From: Patescibacteria group bacterium
GTDB lineage: Bacteria > Patescibacteriota > UBA1384 > CAJBMM01
Assembly: GCA_041660565.1 (NCBI GenBank)
Contig: JBAZWC010000001.1
Span: 70,197-134,196 of the forward strand
DNA length: 64,000 bases
Direction of reading: 5' to 3'
The stretch's first letter is position 1. Each line of letters opens with the position of its first letter. This document shows positions 47,245 through 58,700 of the stretch, one piece after another. The translations under genes were made by a program, and so were the position numbers. The notes beneath the pieces were generated by a model, which did not search any database, was not told where the DNA came from, and saw nothing but the letters and a program-made list of their open reading frames with translations.

Positions 47245-49050
47245 TTATTTTCTAGCGCGGGAGCGGTCTAGGGCGTGGAGTAGTTTTTTGCGTAGGCGCA
47301 AAGACTTCGGAGTTACCTCTAGCAACTCATCATCCTCTAGAAAGTCGATTGATTGCTCTAGCGACAAATTGGTTGGCGGAGTTAGCTGCACCGAAATATC
47401 CGAGTTAGACGATCTAATGTTAGTTAACTGTTTTTCTTTACACACGTTAATTTCAATATCTTGCTCGCGCGTGTGTAATCCCACAATCATTCCCTCATAA
47501 ACTTCGGTTTGTGGCGGAATAAAGGTGATGCCACGCTCTTGCGCGTTGGCCAAGCCGTACGCTACCGCTTTGCCGCTTTGCGAGGCCATCAACGCGCCCA
47601 AACGCATTTTCGGAATAGCGGCGCCCATTGGCTCAAAGTGCAAAAACAACGAACTTAACGCCGCGGTGCCGCGTGAAATAGTTAATAATTGATTTCTAAG
47701 TCCCAGCATTCCTCTGGTGGTAATGTGAAAACACAATCGGGTTGTGCCGTCTTGCTGAACTTCTTGATACTGCATGATGCCGCGTCTGCGGCTGACTTCG
47801 CTGGTAACGGCGCCGGCGTGTTCGCTTGCTACATCAATAGTCAACTCTTCAAGCGGCTCACATTCAACATCATCTACCATTTTAGTAATGATTTGCGGTT
47901 TGCCAACTTGTAGCTCAAAGCCTTCGCGGCGCAAAGTTTCAATAAATACGGATAAATGCAGCTCACCCCGCCCCGAGATGATAAATTCGCCGTTATTTTC
48001 CTCTAATCGCATTGAAACGTTGGTTTCCAGCTCTTTTTTGATGCGATCTAAAATTTGGCGGCTGGTGACAAATTTGCCTTCGCGCCCGGCAAACGGGGAA
48101 GTATTGGCGCCAAACGACATCTTTAAGGTTGGCTCTTCAATAGCGATGGTTGGTAATGCCTCTGGATTTGTAGAGTCTGCCACGGTTTCGCCAATGCGCA
48201 CCCCTTTTAAGCCGGTCATTGCCACAATTTCACCCGCTTCCGCCATATCAACTTCTACTCGTTTAAGCCCGCGATTAACGTAAACTTTTTCAATTCTGGC
48301 ATTGGTTAGATTGCCAGTAGGGGAGATCACAGTTACATTCAACCCGGGTTTGGCGGTGCCACGAACAATGCGGCCAATGGCGTAGGTGCCTTGATACGAG
48401 TCCGCGTCTAAAGCGGTTACCAGCATTTGAAAAGTACCGTCAGACACTTCTGGCTCCGGTACATAGTCTAATATTGCCTCAAAAATCGGGGTTAGATCGG
48501 CTGATTCATTTACATTTGCGGGTAATTCTTTCCACGATTTGCCCTCGCGGCTGATAGCGTAAAACACCGGAAAATCCAAATGAGCTTCGTCGGTGGCTAA
48601 ATCCAAAAATAAATCTTGAGTACGGCGAATAACGGTTTCGATTCTGGCGTTTGGTTTATCAATTTTGTTGATGACTACAATTACTTTCAAACCTAGATCT
48701 AGCGCTTTTTTAAGTACAAATTTGGTTTGCGCCATCGGGCCTTCTTGTGCATCGATGATGAGCAAAGCACCATCAGCCATATTTAGAGTACGTTCTACCT
48801 CACCGCCAAAATCGGCGTGTCCGGGAGTATCAATGATGTTAATTTTGGTGTCTTTGTAAAAAACGGCGGTGTTTTTGGCTAAAATGGTAATGCCACGCTC
48901 GCGTTCTTGATCAGACGAGTCCATGATTAAATCTTGGGTCATCCAGGCTTCGTTATCACGAAAAGTGTGAGATTGCTTTAACAAAAAATCAACCAAGGTA
49001 GTTTTACCGTGGTCAACGTGAGCAATAATGGCAACGTTGCGTATTTTCAT
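47245..49050 (-). CDS. typA: Translational GTPase TypA/BipA
   Basis: AHVDHGKTT G1, DTPGHADF G3, NKID G4, EF-G-like domains; 601 aa. Confidence 0.85.
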   Translation of the reverse strand: MKIRNVAIIAHVDHGKTTLVDFLLKQSHTFRDNEAWMTQDLIMDSSDQERERGITILAKNTAVFYKDTKINIIDTPGHADFGGEVERTLNMADGALLIIDAQEGPMAQTKFVLKKALDLGLKVIVVINKIDKPNARIETVIRRTQDLFLDLATDEAHLDFPVFYAISREGKSWKELPANVNESADLTPIFEAILDYVPEPEVSDGTFQMLVTALDADSYQGTYAIGRIVRGTAKPGLNVTVISPTGNLTNARIEKVYVNRGLKRVEVDMAEAGEIVAMTGLKGVRIGETVADSTNPEALPTIAIEEPTLKMSFGANTSPFAGREGKFVTSRQILDRIKKELETNVSMRLEENNGEFIISGRGELHLSVFIETLRREGFELQVGKPQIITKMVDDVECEPLEELTIDVASEHAGAVTSEVSRRRGIMQYQEVQQDGTTRLCFHITTRGMLGLRNQLLTISRGTAALSSLFLHFEPMGAAIPKMRLGALMASQSGKAVAYGLANAQERGITFIPPQTEVYEGMIVGLHTREQDIEINVCKEKQLTNIRSSNSDISVQLTPPTNLSLEQSIDFLEDDELLEVTPKSLRLRKKLLHALDRSRARK

Positions 49051-49158
49051 AAAAATTTTATCCCGAGTATACCTCGGGAATCCCTTATTCCGGATATTGT
49101 AATTCTACCATATTAGCCAAAATAAGTCAAACATGGGGACGCGTCCGGAAATTATTAT

Positions 49159-49450
49159 GTCATTTCGACCCGGGGAGCTGGCTCGAGCGACCACGTTGGC
49201 CTCCGCTCGTAAAGCTACGGCTTGGAGAGAGAAATCTGAGAAAGAATCCTTTCCACCATTAAATTAGATGCTTCGCATCGAAATCACTCGCAATTTGCTC
49301 GCGATTATCAAATTTCAAATTTCAAATTCTTGCTCGAGGTGTGCGCACCGAGAACTCTGTGATGCGATGTGAAATAAAGGTAGTTCTCGCTATGCTCGAA
49401 CAAGAAACACGAGGTGGTCCTCGCCTCGGTACGTTTTACGCCCTAAACTT
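49159..49450. repeat. Composite repeat: TGTCATTTCGACCCGGGGAGCTGG.. half-element plus CTACGG module plus AAATTTCAAATTT microsatellite plus GAGAAC/GTTCTCG palindromic module
   Basis: Read directly. Confidence 0.65.
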
Positions 49451-49472
49451 GAACAAAAAGGTTGCAGCGTAA

Positions 49473-51083
49473 TTATTCCGGCAAGGTGTTAAAGTAAAAA
49501 CCTTCGTACTGTTTAACGGCGGCGTTATATTTTTCTAACAACTTATTATAATCTGCAATGGCGCCGTTGTATGAGTCTATGGTGCTTTTGTATTGATTAT
49601 ATTTTTCCGAATACGCGTTATATTTTTGCTCTGTAGGGTCTGCCAGATAGTTTTTATAGAATTGATCTTGAGATTTCTCCAAAGACATAATATTATCATA
49701 CTTTTTCTGTAACAAAATTTTCTCATCCGCTAGTTGGTTATACATTTTTTCAATGTCTTGTTTAAGCGTTTTTATCTGCACAATGCGTTCATAAGATTTA
49801 CCGCTATTAATATCTACCACAAATCGCGGCGCTGTTAATGCTTTCTTACGTTCCACCGAAATGGTATCCGGATTTTCGCTAGCCGAAATTGGTTTTACCT
49901 CAGTAATGTCTAAAACCGGCACACCATTATTATCATTTATGCTTTCCGGAATATCGCCTGGAATAAAAGCCGGATTCGTCATCTCTGCATAAGTATACTT
50001 TGTGTTAAAATCGGTATATCCACTAGGAGCGCTAATTCCTAGCGCCATATGATTATCATCATTAAACGAGAAAATGCCGGTGCCGTAGCCCAATTTATTC
50101 AGTATTATGCTGCCCAAATACGTTTTATCGGTACAAATTCCCTTATTTTTAGATAAAGTTACGTAAGGATATTGCTCGGTGTCGGCGGTGTTGCCGGTTA
50201 CGTTCAAAACTATTTCTGCCTTTGCATCATCGTACGGGATATTCTGCACAAAACAGGTGGCAAGCTCTAGCGTCTGATCATCATTCAAATTGTTGGCTTT
50301 GCCCACGGCCACAATATCGCTAACCAGCTTATCAACGGTATTATCTTTGTCGTTTTGATAAATAAATTTGGCAAACTGGTTTTTGGCAAAATATGAGGTA
50401 TTAAGCAAATAATTGTGCTGAGTGTAGTAGTGATTCACGTTTTGGTGCGTTACTACATCTACCTTCAAATCTTTGCCCGAATATTTGCAATTCAAAGTGG
50501 TGGTTTTGGGGTGATTGGGAAATGGGGGATAAATTCCCAAATAACCTTCGTTTGCGCCATAACCCAGCCCGCATAGCAAAATGATGACGAATGTGGCCAG
50601 CTTTAGAATATGAAATACACGCTTGGAGCGGGTAGTAGGCGCAGGTGATGTTGCTTCGCGATATCTAAATGCCCAATGCTTATTAGTAAAAAATCCCCAC
50701 AACGTGGCCAAAGTAAATGCGGCCGAAAACCCGATGTAGCGGGGCAAATGTAAGTAAATTGCACTGGTAAGAATCAGAAAAGTTAGTCCGTATATTACTA
50801 AGCCAACAATATAAATTATAAAAAACTTTAATACCAAATGGCGTGGCGCAGACCCGGCGGTATTAAAAACACGTTTTCTGACAAATAAAAAACACACGTC
50901 AATGGCGGCAATTAAAGCAATAAATACCGCAATCAGCTCTCTTTCTTGACTAAACAGGCTGAAACTTTCTCTAAGCGTGGCAAAAAATATCAAAAAAAGC
51001 GCAATGAATATTATATTGGCAATGACATATTTAACAAACTGCCCCACAGCAGGATATAATTTGATGCTGAAAATCTTCCGCAT
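49473..51083 (-). CDS. Membrane protein: GtrA-like 4-TM N-terminus, extracytoplasmic transglutaminase-like Cys-His-Asp core, C-terminal coiled coil
   Basis: GICTD(C) ... NHMALGI(H) ... GYTDFN(D) with spacing compatible with the transglutaminase-like cysteine protease fold; Y/N/K-rich heptad C-terminus. Confidence 0.45.
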   Translation of the reverse strand: MRKIFSIKLYPAVGQFVKYVIANIIFIALFLIFFATLRESFSLFSQERELIAVFIALIAAIDVCFLFVRKRVFNTAGSAPRHLVLKFFIIYIVGLVIYGLTFLILTSAIYLHLPRYIGFSAAFTLATLWGFFTNKHWAFRYREATSPAPTTRSKRVFHILKLATFVIILLCGLGYGANEGYLGIYPPFPNHPKTTTLNCKYSGKDLKVDVVTHQNVNHYYTQHNYLLNTSYFAKNQFAKFIYQNDKDNTVDKLVSDIVAVGKANNLNDDQTLELATCFVQNIPYDDAKAEIVLNVTGNTADTEQYPYVTLSKNKGICTDKTYLGSIILNKLGYGTGIFSFNDDNHMALGISAPSGYTDFNTKYTYAEMTNPAFIPGDIPESINDNNGVPVLDITEVKPISASENPDTISVERKKALTAPRFVVDINSGKSYERIVQIKTLKQDIEKMYNQLADEKILLQKKYDNIMSLEKSQDQFYKNYLADPTEQKYNAYSEKYNQYKSTIDSYNGAIADYNKLLEKYNAAVKQYEGFYFNTLPE

Positions 51084-51164
51084 TTATTTCCTCAAATATC
51101 TACCATTATTATACTCTTATAATGCCCGGTGATTTATGTGATTTTTCCCATTTATCACCAGCAA

Positions 51165-51791
51165 TTATTTCTTAAATCTTAAATCGAATGCCTTTGGCAG
51201 CTCAGAAAATGGAATCAGTCCAAATTCCTTGTAATTTTCAGGAAGTTTGAGTAATTCCGGTAGAGATAGTTTTGTCATAACGTTGTATTCTCCCAATGCC
51301 ATATCCAATAATATGTAGGCTAGGGAGGTAAAAGCTTTGTTTGATGAGTCGTAGCCGTCAATGTATATTTTTAGTGCCATTCTCTCGCCGCCGCTATCAT
51401 TGTATGAAAAATACATATCTTTATTCGGATCGATATTTAATTTACCTATTGAGAACGCTGTTATAGAGCCAACCCTTGGCTTGAATGCAATAACTTTCCA
51501 AACATCCAAATCAGGTGCAACGTTAACAAGTTTTTGTACAGAATCGATTAGAGGGGGAATTCCATCGGGAGTAACAATGAACTCCCTTTTTCCGTTAACC
51601 GTTGGGCCAAATAAATAAACTATGCCTTTAGCAACCTTTTGCATTTCTGAAAAAAGTTGGTTGCAGATACGTTCTCGGCCTGTTCGAACGGCCATTAATT
51701 CGTCTGAATGATCAGAAAACCACCTCCAAAATCGTTCTTCCTTTGTTGCGGGCAATGTTCCATTATCTTTTAGTCTTCTGTTAAAAAACAT
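51165..51791 (-). CDS. Hypothetical protein; second candidate immunity protein downstream of the RHS toxin
   Basis: 208 aa, no signal peptide, same strand, 23 bp after the preceding gene. Confidence 0.4.
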   Translation of the reverse strand: MFFNRRLKDNGTLPATKEERFWRWFSDHSDELMAVRTGRERICNQLFSEMQKVAKGIVYLFGPTVNGKREFIVTPDGIPPLIDSVQKLVNVAPDLDVWKVIAFKPRVGSITAFSIGKLNIDPNKDMYFSYNDSGGERMALKIYIDGYDSSNKAFTSLAYILLDMALGEYNVMTKLSLPELLKLPENYKEFGLIPFSELPKAFDLRFKK

Positions 51792-51814
51792 ATAATTTCT
51801 TTCTTTACTAAACT

Positions 51815-52774
51815 TTAATCAACAAAATACGCTGGTTCTGCCTCGAAACCGCTTACTTTATTCTCTTTTAAAATTCGATAAAGCCTCTGAGAAATTATTA
51901 TGAATGGGTGTAAGTATTGCAATGATCTAAATTGAGACGTCTTAGCAAAATCTGTATTAGGCCAATTCTTGCGGTTAAAATAAAAACTCGTTCCTATACC
52001 TGGGCCAGCTGTTGTTCTAAATCCTTCAATAACCTTGTCGTACAACGGATTTGGTTCGAGCTGGTCTTCCAACTCTAGTTTGTGAAATTTTATGCCAAAT
52101 TTGGTCGGTGGCACACTGTAACCGCATGTTGGAACAACATTTAGCTGATAGAAATCTTTTGATAATTTTTTCTCGTCAGAATAATAATCAACGTCTTCTG
52201 CGCTTTCTTTTATTTTTACAGGTCTGTATACAGGATCAATTTTACACCCAGTAACCTTATTTTTCTCCAATATCTCTTTAAGTCGTTTTGAGATAATTGT
52301 TTCATCTGAAAATGTTTTTTGTATGTCTTTCTTGGATAATTTGCTCACATTAATTCTTAGGGGCGATATCTGTTTTTTTATTTCCCAACTATCCACCGTT
52401 ACAATCGGCTGGCCAACACCTTTAATGTTCATTGTATATTCTTTCCCCGTCCCGCCCTTGCCAAGTACTTCATATTTTGTACCGTACTCTTCCGCAAACA
52501 TTTCATTTGGAACGTCGGCGATTCGATTAAGATACAATATTTCAGCTGACCTCATCTCTGATTCAGAGAATTTATTTAACGCCAAAGGTGAATATGCATT
52601 TTCTGGGTTGTGCTCCCAATAGTCAAATATTGATTTAAAATCATGATTGTTCGTGCACACTCTCACCGCAAAAATAGATGTGTTGTTTGGTTCGTGTTCC
52701 AAGTGATGGAATTTATCAATAAATGATTGTGGAATTTTATCTCTATGGAATCTAAATGAATATTCTATTTGCAC
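51815..52774 (-). CDS. Hypothetical protein with two internally repeated modules; candidate immunity protein for the RHS C-terminal toxin
   Basis: Starts 10 bp after the RHS stop; KRLKEILEKNKVTGCKIDPVY and QRLYRILKENKVSGFEAEPAY indicate an internal duplication. Confidence 0.4.
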   Translation of the reverse strand: MQIEYSFRFHRDKIPQSFIDKFHHLEHEPNNTSIFAVRVCTNNHDFKSIFDYWEHNPENAYSPLALNKFSESEMRSAEILYLNRIADVPNEMFAEEYGTKYEVLGKGGTGKEYTMNIKGVGQPIVTVDSWEIKKQISPLRINVSKLSKKDIQKTFSDETIISKRLKEILEKNKVTGCKIDPVYRPVKIKESAEDVDYYSDEKKLSKDFYQLNVVPTCGYSVPPTKFGIKFHKLELEDQLEPNPLYDKVIEGFRTTAGPGIGTSFYFNRKNWPNTDFAKTSQFRSLQYLHPFIIISQRLYRILKENKVSGFEAEPAYFVD

Positions 52775-52783
52775 GAAATTTCC

Positions 52784-55700
52784 TTATTTAATTTCTTTTA
52801 GAAAATTGTCAATCGGTAATTTATCATAAACTTTCTTTATTACTTCTCCCACTTCCTTTTCCCACTGGGAGTAGTCATTCTGCTTTAGCAGCCGATAATA
52901 TTCCGCAGCTTTACCGTATGCCACCTCAGCTCTAAATGCATTGGTGATTTGTTGGTGATATTCTTTGGGAATTATTGCCCGCACTGCTTTGGCAGCACCA
53001 CCGAGATATTTTGGGATAATATGATGCGATTCAGTTTTAATAACATTTTTTGCGGTGTTGACTGCGGTGCTTGTTTTTGCAATGTTTGCTGCAGTTTTTG
53101 TAGTAGAGCCACCACCTACAGGTGTCAAATCCCCAACAAGTCCGACACCCGCAATTATTTTGTCCGTTTTAGTTGTATTTGGGTCGAATACTGTACTCAC
53201 GTCGTTTGCAATTAAACATTGCATCACTGGGCTATTGGCAATGTAAAATAGTGAAGCTAGAATCAAAGGCGAGTAGATTATTAAAGGAGCCAAGAAAATA
53301 ATTTTACCGCTGGGATCTGTGTGTGTTAATGGGCTATTATTACAATAGATATATGGATTTGATCCTAGTGCGGTATTATCTGCAACAACAGGGTCTTGGC
53401 TGGTGAAACGTCCTAAACTTGGATCGTACATCCTAGCTTTCATATAGTATAGCTTAATCGTGCTGTCATACCAATACCCGGCATATAGACGAGGGTTTAA
53501 TTTATCCAGATTATTTTGTGGAGCTGGTGGCTGAGGTACGGCTCGGGAATCTGGTGTCGGCCCACCCATAGTTGAAACTGTTACATTGCCCCATGCATCG
53601 TAAGAGTATGAAACTAAACGGTTGCCAGATGCATCTGTAAGCCCAGTAATGTCTGAATGGCCGTTTTTAAGGTAATAATAGGTCTGCGGATTGTTGTTTG
53701 TGTCTGGAATGGTTACGGACGATAAGTTTTCATCTTCGTCCCAAGTGTAAGTGCGCAGCATTTTTCCTGCCGCGTCTGTTTCAGAAACCAGCTTGTCTCC
53801 GTCATAGACAAACTTGGTAGTAGAAACAACGCCGGTGGGTGATGTTTCGGTGCGGGTGGCTCGCTGTTTGGTTAATTCGTTGTAGGTGTATTCTACCGTA
53901 GTGTTGTCTGGTGTTATTGCTTTAATAAAGTAGTCATCGGCATCATAGAAATACTGGGTAATGCCGTTTTTACTATCGGTTACTTTTGTAACATTGCCGT
54001 TTTTATCATATTCGTACGTTTTTGTTCCGTTAACGGTGCTGGTTTCTTTGATAAGGCGGTTTGCATCACCCAGTTCATCATAGGCGTAGGTAATGGTTTC
54101 GGCCGCCGTAGTTTTCTTGGTGCGGTTGCCCATTAAATCGTATGAATAAGTGGTACCGTTTTCACCGGTTAACTGGTCACGTGCATCGTATGCGTAGGTA
54201 CGTGTGCCGGTTAGCGAATCTATAGCGGTGGTAATATTTGAATTAGCATCGTACGTATATGAAATCTGTTGTTGTATGGCGCCGGCTTTATATTTGTTAA
54301 CTACCTGTTTAACTCTACCGGAGGTGTCGTAGGTGTAGGAAGTGGTATCACCATTTGGTTTTTTAACCGCTGTTAATTTGCCTTCGGCGTCTTTGGTCAA
54401 AATGTTGGTTAGCACTTGGCCGGTTTGAGCCAGGGTGGTTGAAACTTGGCTAACTTCTTGGTTGGCATCGTATACGGTGGCTACAGTGGCGGTAGAAACG
54501 GCGCTAGTAACCACGTTATCGTTTTTGTCGTAGGTTAGGGTATTGTTGCCGGTAATGTTAGATTGAACTGCGGTAACATTATCATTTTTATCATAGGTAA
54601 TGGTGTCGTTTTCAGATTTTACGGTAGATGTGGTCTGAACTACATTGTCGTTTTTATCGTACGATACGCTTGTGGTGCCATCTTTGTCGGTAATTTGGGT
54701 TGCATTACCATTTTTGTCAGTTGTGGCGGTGGTGGTGCTACCGGATTGATCTGTGGCAGACGTAATATTGCCATTTCTATCGTACACTGCTGTTTCGGGA
54801 ACGCCGGTGGCATCAGTTGTTTTGGTTAGCTGGTTTAGCTCGTCGTAGGTATTAATGGTCATTTTGCCTTTGGCATCCGTAGTTTTAACTACATTGCCAA
54901 CAGCATCAAAGGTGGTGGAAGTTATTGCTCCCACCGCATCGGTAAGTTTGATCTGCCGGTTTAATTTATCATAAGTGTAAGTAGTGACGTTTCCTTTGGG
55001 GTCAATATCTTTTAGTTTGTTGCTGTTTTTATCATATTCGTATCGGTTTGTAATGCCAGCCGGGTCTTTAATGCTGGTTAGGCGCCCCAAATTGTCATAA
55101 GCATAAGTAAGCGTGTTTCCCATGGCCGATTTCTCGGTTAGTTTGCGGCCAACGGTATCGTACGTAAAGGTAGATGTCTCTAACTTTGGCGACACGGTGG
55201 TTAACACATCGCCATCTGCGGTGTATGTAAATTTGGTTATGGCTCCTTTAGAATCGGTAACGGTAACTTTGTGCCCCTTGGCATCATAAGTAGCTGAATC
55301 TACATTTCCCTTGGCGTCTGTTGTAGATAACAACAACCGGCGGCCGTCGACCGAATAGGTGGCGGTGGTAACATTACCTTTTGGATCGGTAGTTTTAACT
55401 AAGTCGTAGCCCGCATAAACATTGGTGGTGGTGGCGTCCATTGGGTCTTTGGAAGTCAATAAGTTATCATTTGCGTCGTAGGTGTTGGTGTAATTAAAGT
55501 AGTAATATTCGTTTTCTGGGAGGTCTGGGGTAATAGTGGTAACGTTATAATTTCCATCATTACCGTAAATTTGGCGATAGCCTTTGGGGTTGGTAAAGTT
55601 AATTAACAAATTGTTCTGGTCAAAAGTGGCGTTAGATTTTCGCCCCAAAGCGTCTGTTATATCAACCGACCGATTATTGTATGACAGTTTGCTGCTGTTG

Positions 55701-58700
55701 CCCAGTGCGTCTTTAACCTCTGAAACGCGGTTTTGAATATCGTAATAAATGTAAGTAGAGCTGCCGTTTTTATCCACATACCTGGTCATTTTTCCTGCTG
55801 GTGTGTACTGATAGGCATATAATCCACCCAGCGGGTCTATAACACTTGTTAATTTAAACGGCGTTACGGTGGTGTTATAAGAATATGTAATTTTTTGACC
55901 AAGTTGGTTGGTAACAGTTTCTAGCCGTTTGCCGGTGTAGGTAAGTGTTATAAAGCGCCCGCCATCCACAATTTTGGTGACATTCCCATTTGTGTCTCTG
56001 TTATAGGATATGGTATTGCCGGAAAGATCAACTCGTTTTTGCAACAGCCCAGTGCTAGAAAAGTAGGTTTTTAACCCGGATTTAGAAATAATGGCGTAAG
56101 TGTTGTCTGCGTTTTTAACTAAGTCTATGGAAAGACCGGTTGGGCGTTTGTACGTTCCATTTGCGTTCCTAGAAAAAATATCTACCGCGCCGGTGCCGTC
56201 TTGGTACATTACATTATCCGGGTCAGCAAAGTTTAGATACTCATCAAAACTGGCACGCCATCCTTGTCCCATGGTAGCGGTGGTTGTAAGTGGAAGTTGA
56301 TTATCGGTATCTAGCAATAAGCCGGTAATTTGTGTGTTGTCGGTATTCAAAAATCTAGCCGAAAGCGCCCAAGCAGATGAAGCATGTGCTACTTTAAACA
56401 TTACTTTATTCCAACCAGCTAAAAGCGGCACATCAACCGAGTCGCTATCTAGGGTAATGCCGCGCAGAACATCTTTAAGCCAAACCATGTTGCCGTTAAC
56501 CCACACCTTTACGCCATCTGCCGAGCCAATTTTTAAGCGATACGTTTTGGCGTTAAGAACATAAACATTAGTATACGCGTAAACAGTGGCGTTACTGTTG
56601 TAACCGGATTCAACTGAGCCAGCGCTAGCTAACGCGGCGCTAATATCTAATGCCGGCGTTGCCGATGAGGTTTTGAACCACAAGTTGCTAGATGAAACCG
56701 AGCCAACCGTTGGTTGTGCTGTGGCTTCATTAGCAATAAATGCCTTTGATAGCCTGCCGGCCTGATTGCTTTCGCGGTATGGGCCGTTAACTAGCCAACT
56801 GCGAATATAACCATTTGCATCTGGAACAGTTGGGGTGTTGGCTAAGGTAGAGTTATATGACCGCCCAACTGCCAGCAAGCCGGTGTTAGATGGCACAGTC
56901 ATATCTGTACTGGAATAAGCTACGTTTCCTGTTGCCAAGTCTATTGGCCCGGCTTTGGTGTAATATTTTTCATCACCTAAATGAATAGAGCTAGAAAGCG
57001 CGGGGTTGGTAATAGCTATTGCAATGTTTTTAGTAGCCACGTTTTGAGTTGAAAACCAAGTTTTGTTGTTTACCTGATACATATCTAGCTGCAAAGTGTA
57101 GTTGCCGGCGTTTAGTGGAGCTGGAACATTTAATAATATGTTTCCAGTAGCACCGTATTTTGCCACATCAGACTGGAAATTTTGTGGGGTGCCATTGAAA
57201 ATATAAGTTTGCCCGGCAGAATCAACCCAGTGATATCCGAGTTGAAACTGTCCAATTGGCCAATTTTGGTTACTCATATTCGTAACTGACATTGGCAAAG
57301 AAATGGTACTATTCGCAGTGGCGCTAGTTGGCGGGTTATTTAGGTTGTATGTGGCACCGTACGCGGGGTAGTCAATGGCGGTTAAGCTAACGTCTTTGGT
57401 GGGTACACCCTGTTCGGAAAACCACGTTACACCTTCTTGTACCATGTCCCATTTAACTGTGTAATTTCCGGGTATACTTGGAATTTTTACAGTTGCATTA
57501 AGAACTACTCCATCACCATGAGGGGCAATATCTCTTGGCAACAGCGTCCGCACGCCATCCCATGTTACTAATTGCCCCGCAGAATTATAAATGTGATAAC
57601 TTAAATGTGTGTCAGATTTTAACCATGTATTTCGTCCGGTGTTTTGCGCGACCACGTCAATTGCACCACTTGTATCAATTAATTGAGACCCTAAATTATT
57701 TGTAGAATATTCAGCATAATAATCACGATAATCTATTGTTAGCCGTGGTTCATATTCTAGCGGAGTGGTGGGGTCGTTTTCAGCCACCCATATTCGGTAA
57801 CCACTAGGATTTTCCCAGTCAGATTTAAATGCCAGTGCTCCGATCCATGATCCATTTTGGTTATGCGATTCAAACCAATATTTTAAGGCGTTCGTCACAT
57901 TCATTGCATAATTTGGACCGCTATCGCCATATTGATACCCAACTTCTCCTATTCCTAGTGGCTGATTATTCCAGTTGACAGTCTTTGAATTAAACCAAGG
58001 CACGAGATTGGCTGTTACTCCAGAGACGGAGCATATCTGTACACAGGCTTTTTGGCGGACAGTAAAAGTGGCGTTGATAATATTTGCGTCGGTTAGATCT
58101 GGGATACTAAACGGAATTAGGGTGCGTGTTAGCCCTTTGCGGTATGTCCCTTCTTGGTGATTTCCCACATACAAATTGGCTTGATCCCAAGTGCTGGTAT
58201 TTGGATAATACTGTTCAACGTAGCTATCCTCACCGTAATGCAAATCTACCACCACGGTAGGGTCAATTACTACCGGATAAACTCGAGCGGTGTCTGAAAG
58301 CCACTGCGCATCTGGGGTCATGGTCAAAACATAACCACCAGTTTCCGGTTCCAGCGCCACACTTATGGCATCGCTATATTCATTTGCTTCGGAATCTTTG
58401 CCACCCCGCGCGTCCCACATTGTCATTTTGGGAATATAAAATGCTGTTTTTTGGTCTTTGTCCAAAAAGCTAATTGACCCGTCATCGCCTTTTTGGGCGG
58501 TAACACCGGTGGTTTGCAAGTGATAAACAAAGCTGGTTTGAGTGGGTTTTTGATTTAGGGTAATTTCTTCTTTAACGCCTTCCGGGATAGCGTAATAAGT
58601 TACATTTATACCCGGTGTAACATTGCCGTAGGTAATTTGGTTATTTTTAACTGCCGTGCTGGGGGTAAACAGGGTGGAAAGTTGAAGATTAGATAGATTC

